Assembly (NCBI GenBank): GCA_964422555.1
Contig: CAYRBR010000001.1
Coordinates: 3,352-67,351, forward strand
Direction: 5' to 3'
DNA: 64,000 nucleotides
From: an uncultured Caldisericota bacterium
GTDB lineage: Bacteria > Caldisericota > Caldisericia > UBA6126
Positions 28,652 through 38,281 of the stretch are shown here, piece by piece. Both the position numbers and the translations under genes were made by a program. A model generated the notes under the pieces. The model saw only the letters and a program-made list of their open reading frames with translations, made no database searches and was not told where the DNA came from. Position 1 is the stretch's first letter. Every line of letters begins with the position of its first letter.

Positions 28652-29334
28652 TATCTACGCCAACGATAGCCTATTCCCCAAACGGTTTCAATGTTTTCAG
28701 GTTTCGCTGGATTATCTTCGATTTTTCCTCGAAGTCTTCGAATGTAAACATCAATTGTTTTTGGTTCTGTAACAACATCTGACCATACTCTATCCATTAT
28801 TTCATCCCGTGAAAATGCTACTCCAGGATTTTCCATTAAAAGACTAAGAAGGCGAAACTCTCTTTGGGTAAGATCAATTGGCTTTCCCATTTTGTAAGAT
28901 TCCCTAGTTTTTGTATTAATGGAAATACCATGCGATTGAATAAATCCAGATTCATTTTTTTCTGCAAGGGTGGTTCTTCGCAGAACAGCATTGATTCGAG
29001 CAACCAATTCTAAAGGATTGAAGGGTTTTACGATGTAATCATCCCCTCCACTGCGAAAACCATGTATTTTGTCTTGATCTTGTCCTTTGGCTGTCAGCAT
29101 AATAATCGGAATTTTATTGTTAATCTTTCGAATTTCTTCGCAAGTTTTGTATCCATTCATTCCAGGCAACATAATGTCCAATAGGATTAAATGAATGACA
29201 TCTTTTTGCACAATACGAATTCCTTCTTCTCCTGACCCAACTTCCACAACTTCGAAATTATTACGTTTTAGATTGATCGATGTAAATTTTCGAATAGGCA
29301 ACTCGTCTTCAATAATTAGAATTTTCTTTTGCAT
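28651..29334 (-). CDS. OmpR-family response regulator
   Basis: Receiver domain (ILIIEDE...LLDIMLPGMNG...K) plus a winged-helix C-terminus (VWGIGYRWR). It overlaps the kinase start by 1 nt. Confidence 0.9.
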   Translation of the reverse strand: MQKKILIIEDELPIRKFTSINLKRNNFEVVEVGSGEEGIRIVQKDVIHLILLDIMLPGMNGYKTCEEIRKINNKIPIIMLTAKGQDQDKIHGFRSGGDDYIVKPFNPLELVARINAVLRRTTLAEKNESGFIQSHGISINTKTRESYKMGKPIDLTQREFRLLSLLMENPGVAFSRDEIMDRVWSDVVTEPKTIDVYIRRLRGKIEDNPAKPENIETVWGIGYRWRR

Positions 29335-29407
29335 GATTGAATCCTTTTGCTAAATTTAAGGTTTGTATCCATTTTCATTTTTATTATACTACTTCAATTA
29401 ATAGAAG

Positions 29408-30187
29408 ATGACAAATATACAACAAAAAATAAAAATAATTGAAGAAAAGCAGGCCGATAGAATATTGGAGGTATTAGGATCAGTAGGGGTATCTCCAAAG
29501 TGTATGCGGTATTATTTTGAGGCATTCACACATCGATCTTTTAAGGCTGAAAATGAATGGCCCTACGCAGATAATGAGCGCTATGAATTTTTAGGCGATT
29601 CCATTTTGCAAAGTACAATATCTCTGTTTTTGATTGACCGAAATATTGAAGCTACAGAAGGAGAACTGACTCTTCTTAGAACAATGTTCGTTCGATCTGA
29701 AACACTCACAACCCTTACAATGAACTTAAAGTTATATCCAGCACTTCTTTTATCCAAAGGAGAAGCGGAACAAGCCCACAAATTTGAAGTTGAGTTTAGA
29801 AAGAATAATCCCTTTACTTTGAAATACGAACCTTATTGCGATTTATTTGAAGCATTTATGGCAGCTTACGTAATGGACATTGGTTTAAAACATGCTATGA
29901 AATGGTTACGAAATCTGTTTAATGATGTGGCAGGATATATTCATCTTGAAACGTATAAAAAAGATGCAAAAACACATCTGCAGGAACTGCTTCAGAGTCA
30001 GTGTCACAAACTTCCCAAGTACAGTACTAAATTAGATAAGGCGAACCCGAAAAACGGATTTTACACGGAAGTGTATTTAGAGGACACATTTCTGGGCTGC
30101 GGTTATGGGAAGACAAAAAAATCTTCTCAACAAGGCGCAGCCCATAATGCACTGCAGAAGAAAGAGCTTTTACTCGGCCTTAAGTAA
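29408..30187 (+). CDS. rnc: Ribonuclease III
   Basis: RNase III signature (ERYEFLGDSILQ) plus a C-terminal dsRBD (GFYTEVYLED...GKTKKSSQQGAAHNALQ). Confidence 0.8.
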   Translation: MTNIQQKIKIIEEKQADRILEVLGSVGVSPKCMRYYFEAFTHRSFKAENEWPYADNERYEFLGDSILQSTISLFLIDRNIEATEGELTLLRTMFVRSETLTTLTMNLKLYPALLLSKGEAEQAHKFEVEFRKNNPFTLKYEPYCDLFEAFMAAYVMDIGLKHAMKWLRNLFNDVAGYIHLETYKKDAKTHLQELLQSQCHKLPKYSTKLDKANPKNGFYTEVYLEDTFLGCGYGKTKKSSQQGAAHNALQKKELLLGLK

Positions 30188-31039
30188 AGACTTAGGGTCT
30201 AGGATAAAATTCTGACCAGACGGTACAATCATAATTTCAATATTATCCGACAGTTTCTCTATCATTGTATATTGAATGATTTTATCGGTTAGTGACTCCG
30301 ATAAAAGTCTATTTGCTTCGGCGTTTCCTTTTGCTTTCGTAATAATTTGTTCTGCTTTATATTGCTCCTGCTTTACTTTTTCCTGTTCTTCTAAAGCTTT
30401 TTGAGCTGCAATTTGTTTCAGCTCGATGGACTGCTTAAATTCTAAACTGAAATCAATGTTTTCTAGGAGTACATCTACTACTTCAATGGAAAAAGGTTCC
30501 AAATCTGCTTTTAAACGTTCACGAATTGCAACACGCAATTCTTCTCTGTTAGGAGCGATATCAATAGCCTTAAATTTTACAGTTTCATCTTTTACAATTT
30601 GTGGAATTTTCGGATAAATAAGTACTTCAAAGTAGCGAGGTCCAATGTTTCTGTACAAATCTTGAATGATATTAGGGGATACTTTGAAGTTCAGAGTTAA
30701 ATCCATGTTTAAGCTTTGGGTTTCAGAAGAGAAGCACTCCAACCCGGAAAAATTATACTTTTGGATTCGAATATCTGCCAATTTCATATTTTTCCAGGGG
30801 GATATCATTTGCAATCCTTCCGGTTTTTGATCGACAATAGAGCCAAATTGGTAAATGATACCAACATTCCCGGTGGGGATTATCTTAATTGCACTCCAGA
30901 AAGTAGCTACAACTAATATCAAAACAACAATCCAGGGAAACGTACTCTGGAATGAACTTTTAACATTGCTTCTCCGAACAATTAATAAAGATGCCACAAA
31001 AACAACGATAAGTAACAGAGCAATCACAATATAAGTCAT
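30170..31039 (-). CDS. SPFH/Band-7 (prohibitin/HflC-like) membrane protein
   Basis: An N-terminal TM followed by an SPFH domain and a coiled-coil. Its 3' end overlaps rnc's 3' end by 18 nt (convergent). Confidence 0.7.
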   Translation of the reverse strand: MTYIVIALLLIVVFVASLLIVRRSNVKSSFQSTFPWIVVLILVVATFWSAIKIIPTGNVGIIYQFGSIVDQKPEGLQMISPWKNMKLADIRIQKYNFSGLECFSSETQSLNMDLTLNFKVSPNIIQDLYRNIGPRYFEVLIYPKIPQIVKDETVKFKAIDIAPNREELRVAIRERLKADLEPFSIEVVDVLLENIDFSLEFKQSIELKQIAAQKALEEQEKVKQEQYKAEQIITKAKGNAEANRLLSESLTDKIIQYTMIEKLSDNIEIMIVPSGQNFILDPKSLLKAE

Positions 31040-31050
31040 ATATCTCCTCC

Positions 31051-32085
31051 TTAATTAGTAATGTAGTGGATTAACAATTGAAGTGTAGCAAGAATACCAT
31101 TTTCATGAGTTCTTTCGTATCCATGAGATGAAGAAACCCCTGGACCTATAAGACCATGTTTCATACTGTATCCAGCTCGAAGAGATGCTTCAACGTCAGA
31201 ACCATAATAAGGAAAAACATCTGCAGCGTAGGCTATCTCATTTGATTTGGCAATCTGGATGAGAGATTTTGTAATGGAGTAGTCATAAGGGCCTCCGCTG
31301 TCTTTAACACAAATAGATACTTTCTCTTCTGAGCCTTCCAAATCACTCCCGATTGCACCCATGTCAACCGAGATCATTTCTGAAGTGGAGGAAGGTATAT
31401 CTGAAGATCCCCCGTGTCCAACCTCTTCATAGGTGGTAAACAAAAGTTGTACATTCTTGGTTACTATCTTTTGGTTATCTTGAATCCATTGAGCAAGGGC
31501 AATAAGAATTGCTGATCCAGCTTTATCATCTAAGTGTCGACTTTTTATAAAACCACTAGATGTGATACAAAACCTTGGATCAAATGAGATAAAGTTACCG
31601 GTTTCAATGCCAATATCGGTAATATCTTTTTTGGAATGACATAATTCATCCACTACTACTTCAATTTCGTCTTCATTTTTTTCTTTCCCAACTGTTCTCG
31701 CCGTATGAACGGAAGGATTTGTATATTGCATAGTTCCTGAAATTGTATTTCCGTTGTAGAGGTGAATTGAGCAGTTTTCTCCTGAAACAGTATTTTCAGC
31801 CCATCCCCCAATTTTACTAATTCGTAGACGTCCATTCGGTTTGATGGCTCTGACAATAGCCCCTAAAGTGTCTATGTGTGCTGCCAGCGTAAGAGTACTT
31901 CCTGCAGTCATAGTATTACATACAACTGCATTTTTCCTGGTAATTTCAGTTGAATAATTCATTTGTTTGAGTATTGTATGCACCTTTTCTGATGCTTTTT
32001 CTGTGTATCCACTTGGACTCGGAATACTACACAATTGCTGCAACGTACTTGTTGCAGTTGCAAGATATTTTTTTAAATCTTCCAT
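31051..32085 (-). CDS. M42-family peptidase (glutamyl aminopeptidase / FrvX/CelM-like)
   Basis: M42 motifs (AHIDTLGAIV, HLDDKAG, EEVG). The start was moved to MEDLKKYL, which has AAGGAG upstream; the track's N-terminal extension lacks an RBS. Confidence 0.75.
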   Translation of the reverse strand: MEDLKKYLATATSTLQQLCSIPSPSGYTEKASEKVHTILKQMNYSTEITRKNAVVCNTMTAGSTLTLAAHIDTLGAIVRAIKPNGRLRISKIGGWAENTVSGENCSIHLYNGNTISGTMQYTNPSVHTARTVGKEKNEDEIEVVVDELCHSKKDITDIGIETGNFISFDPRFCITSSGFIKSRHLDDKAGSAILIALAQWIQDNQKIVTKNVQLLFTTYEEVGHGGSSDIPSSTSEMISVDMGAIGSDLEGSEEKVSICVKDSGGPYDYSITKSLIQIAKSNEIAYAADVFPYYGSDVEASLRAGYSMKHGLIGPGVSSSHGYERTHENGILATLQLLIHYITN

Positions 32086-32195
32086 AACGTCTCCTTTTGA
32101 CAATCTAATTGTATCATACATCAAAAAAGACTTTTTGTTAAACGTATTGTACAAATTCTCCTGAAAAAAAAGAACCTTTATGCTATACTACAACT

Positions 32196-32520
32196 ACCTC
32201 GAGTAGAAAAGGCAATTGCTGAGTATTCTCAGAGGAAAGTCCGGGCTCCACAGAGCAGGGTGCTAATTAACGATTAGTGGGGGTGACCCTAAGGAAAGTG
32301 CAACAGAAAATACACAGCCTGTTTTTTAACAGGTAAAGGTGAAATGGCGAGGTAAGAGCTCACCGGCAACCGGGTGACCGGTTGGATTTGTAAACCCCAC
32401 CTGGAGCAAGACCAATGACAAACGTTTGTAGGTTGCTCGCCAAGTTTGTAGGTGTGTCGCTTAGATAGATGATTGCCATCCAGCAATGGATACAGAACCT
32501 GGCTTATTGAATACTCGAGG
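32196..32520 (+). ncRNA. rnpB: RNase P RNA, bacterial type A, compact (about 325 nt)
   Basis: P4 strands AGGAAAGUCCGGGCUCC and ACAGAACCUGGCUUA, plus GGUGCUAAUUAACGAUUAGUGGGGGUGACCCUAAGGAAAGUGCAACAGAAA (the P8-P11 region). Terminal helix CCUCGAGUA / UACUCGAGG. An extended -10 (TGcTATACT, 32181-32189) sits upstream. Confidence 0.85.
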
Positions 32521-32526
32521 TTTAAT

Positions 32527-33417
32527 ATGATGATGAAACAGACAATATATCATACACCTGTTTTTAAGAAACAGATACTTGATTTACTGCAAGTTCGACC
32601 TGATTCCATTATATTGGATTGTACTTGTGGAGAGGGTGGGCATGCAAGCATCTTTCTTCCTTGCATACCGAATGGATACTACTACGGTTTTGATCGTGAT
32701 GCATCTGTATTACAAATTGCCCAAAAGCGACTGGAAGAAATTGGATCCAATTTTTCACTTTTTCCTTTTTCATATGCGAAATCACTTCCTATTCTACAGG
32801 AGCATTCTTTGCAGAAACCAACAATTGTTTTGGCTGATTTGGGAATTTCAATGTATCAGATTAAATCGAAGAACAGAGGATTTAGTTTTCAGTCGGAAGA
32901 CACCTTAAACATGCGATTCGACTCCGATGAGACAAATGTGCAAGCACTAGATATAATCAATCGATATCCCGAAGAAAAGTTAGCTGACATTATTTTTTAT
33001 AATGGAGAAGAAAGGGCTTCCCGGAGAATTGCACATTGGATTGTAAAAGAAAGAAAGAAGGGGTTTATTACTACTTGTAGTGAGTTGGCTTCTATTGTGG
33101 CAAGAGCTAAAGGGCAGCATGGATCTAAATTACATTCTGCAACAAAAACATTTCAAGCTCTTCGGATTGAAGTGAATCAAGAGCTAAAACATCTGGACAA
33201 GTTATTAGAAATACTTCCTTCCTTGTTACAACCAAGGGGCATTGCAGGATTTATCTCATATCACTCACTGGAAGATCGTAGAATAAAACACTTTTTTAAA
33301 AATTCAGACTTTTTTTCGAGAGTGAACAAAAAAGTAGTTAAACCAAATTCTGAAGAGATTGAAAATAATCCAGCGGCCAGAAGCGCTAAATTCAGAGCAG
33401 GGATTCGCTGTGAATAA
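32527..33417 (+). CDS. rsmH: 16S rRNA (cytosine1402-N4)-methyltransferase RsmH (MraW)
   Basis: YHTPVF...DCTCGEGGHA SAM motif. First gene of the dcw cluster. The start is the ATG at 32527; the track's upstream extension runs through rnpB. Confidence 0.9.
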   Translation: MMMKQTIYHTPVFKKQILDLLQVRPDSIILDCTCGEGGHASIFLPCIPNGYYYGFDRDASVLQIAQKRLEEIGSNFSLFPFSYAKSLPILQEHSLQKPTIVLADLGISMYQIKSKNRGFSFQSEDTLNMRFDSDETNVQALDIINRYPEEKLADIIFYNGEERASRRIAHWIVKERKKGFITTCSELASIVARAKGQHGSKLHSATKTFQALRIEVNQELKHLDKLLEILPSLLQPRGIAGFISYHSLEDRRIKHFFKNSDFFSRVNKKVVKPNSEEIENNPAARSAKFRAGIRCE

Positions 33418-33688
33418 AGGAATCCAATATCTGCTTATTATGATACTTTGTTTGTTAGCACTGGGAATTGCACAAACATCTGTTTGGGTAGCAGACCAGA
33501 AAATTGAAAAATTACAAACAGATATTGAAGATCTTCGATTCGAAATTGGAGATTTACAAAAAGATTACGAGAACCTTATTAACCCTGCAAGAATTTTATT
33601 TGAAGCAAAAAACAGGGAAACGTTGCAGATGGTTCCGTTAGAAAAAACTCAACAAACGGAGGTATACTATTTTGAGTTTTCAGAGTAG
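33359..33688 (+). CDS. ftsL: FtsL-like cell division protein (single TM plus coiled coil). Start uncertain.
   Basis: Small bitopic protein between rsmH and ftsI. The track ORF overlaps rsmH by 58 nt. An internal ATG at 33440 is an alternative start. Confidence 0.45.
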   Translation: MKIIQRPEALNSEQGFAVNKGIQYLLIMILCLLALGIAQTSVWVADQKIEKLQTDIEDLRFEIGDLQKDYENLINPARILFEAKNRETLQMVPLEKTQQTEVYYFEFSE

Positions 33689-35399
33689 ACAAAAAAAACA
33701 ACGTTTGCATAGTATTCAATTTATTGGTGTGATCATGTTTATTCTGCTACTGGTAGTATCAACCTGTCTTTTCTGGAGAGGTTTGTTTGATACCCATGCA
33801 GCAACCTTGAAACACTATCGGTCGAGTGATCCAGACATTATTCTCCCGATGAGGGGAAAAATAATGGATCGAAATGGACACATTTTTGCCCAAAGTAAAG
33901 AGGCATATACCTTACACTACAATCCTCAGGAAATGGAGAATCCCGAGCTTTTTATCAACCAGATAACCCCCGTACTAGGCTTAAATGAAGAAAAAGCTCT
34001 GCAGAAAATGGAAGAAGAAATAAAAGATACCAGTCGAAGAGATGGAGTTGTGTTTGAAAAAATGTCGGAAGTGCAGATGGAACGCATAAAAAAACTAGTG
34101 AAAGATTCTTCCATATGCAATTACAATTTTAGCATTGACCAAAAAAGAGAGTACCCAAAGGGATCAATGGCAGCAGCATTAATTGGCTGGGTAGGACATG
34201 ACAACATTGGACTAAGTGGTCTTGAGATTGCATATAATACTCTTTTGTCGGGTATTCCGGGTCGAAAGATATACAATCGGAATTTCAGTGGTAATAAAGT
34301 TCCTGGTTCAGAAGAAGTAGTTGAACCTCCAGTTCATGGAAAGAATATTGTATTAACAATTGATGATAAAATGCAGGCTAAAGTGGAATCTATTATCGAG
34401 AATCATGTTGAAATGAATCAAGCAAAAGGAGGAGTAGGCATTGTAATGGATCCTAAAACAGGAGAGATTCTCGCAATGGCTTCGTACCCCTCTTTCGATT
34501 TAAATGAAGGCAACGATTATATTTTAGATCCAATTTATTCAAACAGAGCGGTTGCTATGAACTACGAACCAGGATCTGTTTTTAAGGGGATCACCGCATC
34601 AGCTGCATTAGAATTGGGCTATATCACTCCTACTGACGAGTATTCTTGCGAGGGGTACTTAATGGTTGAAGGTAAAACCATTAAGTGTATGGTTAAACAT
34701 GGTACACAACAGCTGGCTGAGTATTTGAAAAACTCATGTAATTGTGTTTTTTCTCAAATTGGAATACAAATGGGCTTCGAGTTACTTGACTTTGTTGAAC
34801 GATTTCAATTTGGTAAAAGATATCCCTTACACCTTTGTGAACAAGAATCAGGCATACTCCCTGACAGAGATTGGTATTCTGATCTTGAAGCAGCGAATAT
34901 TTCATTTGGAACCTCCATTTCTGTTACACCATTACAAATAATTAATGCGTATGCAGCTATCATTAATGGGGGTAATTTAATGAACCCGATGCTGGTTAAA
35001 GAAATACAAGATAGCAATGGGAAGGCTATTGAAACATTCCAACCACAAGTATTGAAAAGGATTTTGTCAAAGGAAACCTCAGCAGAAATGATTGCAGTGT
35101 TACAAAATGTTGTGCAGGGAAGAAATGGGTGCTCTGCAGCAAAGATTAAGGGAGTTCCAGTAGGGGGGAAAACAGGAACTGCTAAGAAAACCCTTTACGG
35201 GGAATACCAAGACGACAAAGTGATTTGTTCCTTTGTAGGATTCTTCCCGGCCGATGATCCAACCTATTTAGTGTTAGTGTCAATCGATGAGCCTCAACCA
35301 GCTTATACTTCTTTTGGTTCTACTGTAGCTGCACCAGCTTTTCGAGATATTGCTCAATGGCTTTTACTGATGGGAGAACAGAATAGTGCATCTAACTGA
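33672..35399 (+). CDS. ftsI: Peptidoglycan D,D-transpeptidase FtsI (class B PBP)
   Basis: N-terminal TM anchor. SxxK (GSVFK), SxN (SCN), KTG (GKTGT). Confidence 0.9.
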   Translation: MSFQSRQKKQRLHSIQFIGVIMFILLLVVSTCLFWRGLFDTHAATLKHYRSSDPDIILPMRGKIMDRNGHIFAQSKEAYTLHYNPQEMENPELFINQITPVLGLNEEKALQKMEEEIKDTSRRDGVVFEKMSEVQMERIKKLVKDSSICNYNFSIDQKREYPKGSMAAALIGWVGHDNIGLSGLEIAYNTLLSGIPGRKIYNRNFSGNKVPGSEEVVEPPVHGKNIVLTIDDKMQAKVESIIENHVEMNQAKGGVGIVMDPKTGEILAMASYPSFDLNEGNDYILDPIYSNRAVAMNYEPGSVFKGITASAALELGYITPTDEYSCEGYLMVEGKTIKCMVKHGTQQLAEYLKNSCNCVFSQIGIQMGFELLDFVERFQFGKRYPLHLCEQESGILPDRDWYSDLEAANISFGTSISVTPLQIINAYAAIINGGNLMNPMLVKEIQDSNGKAIETFQPQVLKRILSKETSAEMIAVLQNVVQGRNGCSAAKIKGVPVGGKTGTAKKTLYGEYQDDKVICSFVGFFPADDPTYLVLVSIDEPQPAYTSFGSTVAAPAFRDIAQWLLLMGEQNSASN

Positions 35400-36885
35400 T
35401 CTTGTATCGGCCCTTAAGCCACTTCAGTATAGAATAGTTAAAGATTATAAAGTAGCAGATATTAAGCAGGATTCCAGAACAGTTTGCAAGGGAGATATAT
35501 TTGTTGCCATTAATGGAAGTCAGGTTGATGGACATCGTTATATCAAGAGTACCATTCCAAAGCAACCATCTGCTTTTATTGTATCCTCTTCCTATCCCGT
35601 AAGCAGTTTCCCTATGGATGTATCTTTTTTTCAAGTGAAAGATACATCAAAAGCCTGGAGTTTACTGGCTCAAGCTTTTTACGATTATCCCTCTACTAAA
35701 CTTTCAATGGTTGCAATAACAGGTACAACAGGGAAAACAACTACAGCACATATTGTTTCACAAATGCTTACTAATTTGGGACAGAAAAATATGGTAATCG
35801 GAACTGGAGGGGTGTTGATTGAAGGGCATCCAATACCTTATGTTATGAAGGGTCCAGTTACCACACCAGAGCCAAAAGAATTACAGTATTTGTTGCAAGT
35901 TGCCGTCCAAGAAGAGTGTCGATTTGTTGTGCTTGAGGCTAGTTCTCATGGTCTAGATCAGGAACGTTTATACGGAATGGAATTTGACGTTGCGATATTT
36001 GCAACTTTAGCTGAATGTCATCATGTTTCTTATCATGGAAACCTTCAGTTATATATAAATGCAAAAGAAAAACTTTTCAAATTGTTAAAGCAGAATGGAG
36101 TTATCCTGATAAATAAAGATACTCCGTTATATTCAATGCTAGATGTGTCGAATTCAAATCATGCAGTTACCTACAGCATGCAGAGTAATGCCAGTTATAC
36201 CCTAATACCTATTGAATACGAAGGTGAAAAGATGATCCAGATTGATGGTGAGAAAACTCATCTGAAAATACCAGTTTCCCTTCCAGGTCAATTTCAGTTA
36301 TACAATTTTACAGCTGCAGCATTAACGGCAAAACACTTTGGATTTGATCCATTTGCGATTGAAAAAGCTCTGCAATCAATTCAGAAAATCCCAGGACGAC
36401 GTGATTATTTACAATCGTCTCTTTCTTTCACTGTTTTAGTTGATAAAGCGAACGTTCCGCTAGCTTTAGAATATATAAAAAAAGAAATTCAGGGGGAGAA
36501 CTATTCTTCTTCAATTTTGGTCTTTGGTAATGTAGGAGGAGGGGAAAAAGAAACCCGAGCTTATTTAGGTTCTTTTTTCTCAACTTTTTTCGATACTATT
36601 GTTTTAACAAAGGATGATCCAGAGACAGAAGATCCCTCGATTGGTTATGCAGATTTTATGTCCAAAATGACCGATCGGGAAAAAGAAAAAGTTACGTTAA
36701 TTCCGGATAGAAAAAGTGCTATTCAGTACGCACTTCACTTAGCTAAAGAAAAATCAATTGTAGCAATTTTAGGAAGAGGGAATCAAAGAGAATTTTTAGA
36801 AAAAGGAAAAACCACTATTTTTGACGATATCGAAGAAACAGAAGCTATTCTTCGAAAAATGGAAGAAGAAATGAATGAACGTTAG
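35386..36885 (+). CDS. murE: UDP-N-acetylmuramoyl-L-alanyl-D-glutamate--2,6-diaminopimelate ligase
   Basis: Mur ligase P-loop (TGTTGKTTT) and MurE-type EASSHGL. Confidence 0.9.
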   Translation: MHLTDLVSALKPLQYRIVKDYKVADIKQDSRTVCKGDIFVAINGSQVDGHRYIKSTIPKQPSAFIVSSSYPVSSFPMDVSFFQVKDTSKAWSLLAQAFYDYPSTKLSMVAITGTTGKTTTAHIVSQMLTNLGQKNMVIGTGGVLIEGHPIPYVMKGPVTTPEPKELQYLLQVAVQEECRFVVLEASSHGLDQERLYGMEFDVAIFATLAECHHVSYHGNLQLYINAKEKLFKLLKQNGVILINKDTPLYSMLDVSNSNHAVTYSMQSNASYTLIPIEYEGEKMIQIDGEKTHLKIPVSLPGQFQLYNFTAAALTAKHFGFDPFAIEKALQSIQKIPGRRDYLQSSLSFTVLVDKANVPLALEYIKKEIQGENYSSSILVFGNVGGGEKETRAYLGSFFSTFFDTIVLTKDDPETEDPSIGYADFMSKMTDREKEKVTLIPDRKSAIQYALHLAKEKSIVAILGRGNQREFLEKGKTTIFDDIEETEAILRKMEEEMNER

Positions 36886-38281
36886 TTTAGATTTACTTGC
36901 AACTATTTGCAGGGGGAATATCGTAAAAGAACACACAGCAAGAAGAAATGATATGTCATTTGAACTTCAGTTGGCGATCGATTCCAGGGAACTTAAACCG
37001 GGAGAAACATTTGTGTGTTTACAAGGAGAAAGAACGGATGGACATGAATTTATAAATGTTGCTGTAGAAAAGGAAGCGGAAGGGATAATTCTCGAACGAA
37101 ATACCGGTAGTGAAAACATGAACTACTACTCTGGATTTGTTTTACAGGTTCAGGATTCACACAAAGCCCTTCTTGATATTGCAACCTATTTCAACCGGAA
37201 TAAAAATCATATTCTGATTACCGGATCAGCAGGAAAAACAACAACAAGAATACTCGTGAATACAGTACTTCCTTCTTCGTTTGCTACGTTTCGGAATTTC
37301 AATACTCCTATTGGTCTTCCTATAGCCCTTACCCAGGTAATGAATAACCCTACCTGGATCATTTCGGAACTAAGTGCCTCGTACCCGGGTGAGATTGAAC
37401 AGTCTTTAGAAATGTATCCTGCTGCAAAAGGAGCAATTCTAACAGGTATCGGTTCTTCTCATGCTGAATTTTTTTCTTCAGACAAGGAAGTATTGCAGAC
37501 AAAAGCAAAACTATTCTCAAAAGTAATTGATGGATATCCATGCCTGGCTAACGGTCATATTGCCAATCTAAAAAAAGATCTGCAATCTATGTATCCTAAA
37601 ACAGTGTTTTACGGATTTGACAATACCTTCGATGTGTCCATCCAAATTGTGTCTGTCGATCTTGCTGGAACTACTTTTACATATAAACACAAAGAAAAAA
37701 CAGAAGGACCTTTTACGATAAAGGCATTTGGCAAACATTTTGTGCTAGATGCAGTAGGAAGTATTGTTCTTTCAAAGTGGATTGAGCCTTCTTTGCATAA
37801 TGAGATGATTCAAAAAAGTCTGAATAGGTTTGAGCCTGGTCCCGGAAGAGGGAAGATTATTCCTTTAGTCGAAGGTAGCATTTGTATTGATGAATCCTAC
37901 AATGCAAACCCCTTGTCTATGAAAATGAGTTTGGAAGCTTTCAAAGAGGATCAACATGAAAACAAGATTCTTATTGTGGGGGATATGTTGGAACTGGGAG
38001 ACAAAGCAGCGATTGAACACGAGAAAATGGGGGAAATTGTTAAAACAATTCAACCTGTGTGTGTAATTTATGTAGGATCTTATTATGCAGATTTTCGTCG
38101 GGGATTTTCTCCTGTAAACCAACATTGTTTTAATTTTCAATCACCGGGGGAAGTGATAAGAGAATTGAAACAAGTGATGAAAGCAAATTCTGCTATTTTT
38201 GTGAAAGCATCGAATGGAATTGGATTATCCAAATGTATTACCGATATTAAATCTTCTTTTTCTAAGGAGTTCTATAAATGA
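36875..38281 (+). CDS. murF: UDP-N-acetylmuramoyl-tripeptide--D-alanyl-D-alanine ligase
   Basis: TGSAGKTTT P-loop and DESYNANP motif. Confidence 0.9.
   Translation: MNVSLDLLATICRGNIVKEHTARRNDMSFELQLAIDSRELKPGETFVCLQGERTDGHEFINVAVEKEAEGIILERNTGSENMNYYSGFVLQVQDSHKALLDIATYFNRNKNHILITGSAGKTTTRILVNTVLPSSFATFRNFNTPIGLPIALTQVMNNPTWIISELSASYPGEIEQSLEMYPAAKGAILTGIGSSHAEFFSSDKEVLQTKAKLFSKVIDGYPCLANGHIANLKKDLQSMYPKTVFYGFDNTFDVSIQIVSVDLAGTTFTYKHKEKTEGPFTIKAFGKHFVLDAVGSIVLSKWIEPSLHNEMIQKSLNRFEPGPGRGKIIPLVEGSICIDESYNANPLSMKMSLEAFKEDQHENKILIVGDMLELGDKAAIEHEKMGEIVKTIQPVCVIYVGSYYADFRRGFSPVNQHCFNFQSPGEVIRELKQVMKANSAIFVKASNGIGLSKCITDIKSSFSKEFYK

Noticed and set aside
32289-32486. 65-aa minus-strand ORF and the 5' extension of the rsmH track ORF (32473-32526)
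   Set aside because: Both lie inside the RNase P RNA gene. rsmH starts at the ATG at 32527.
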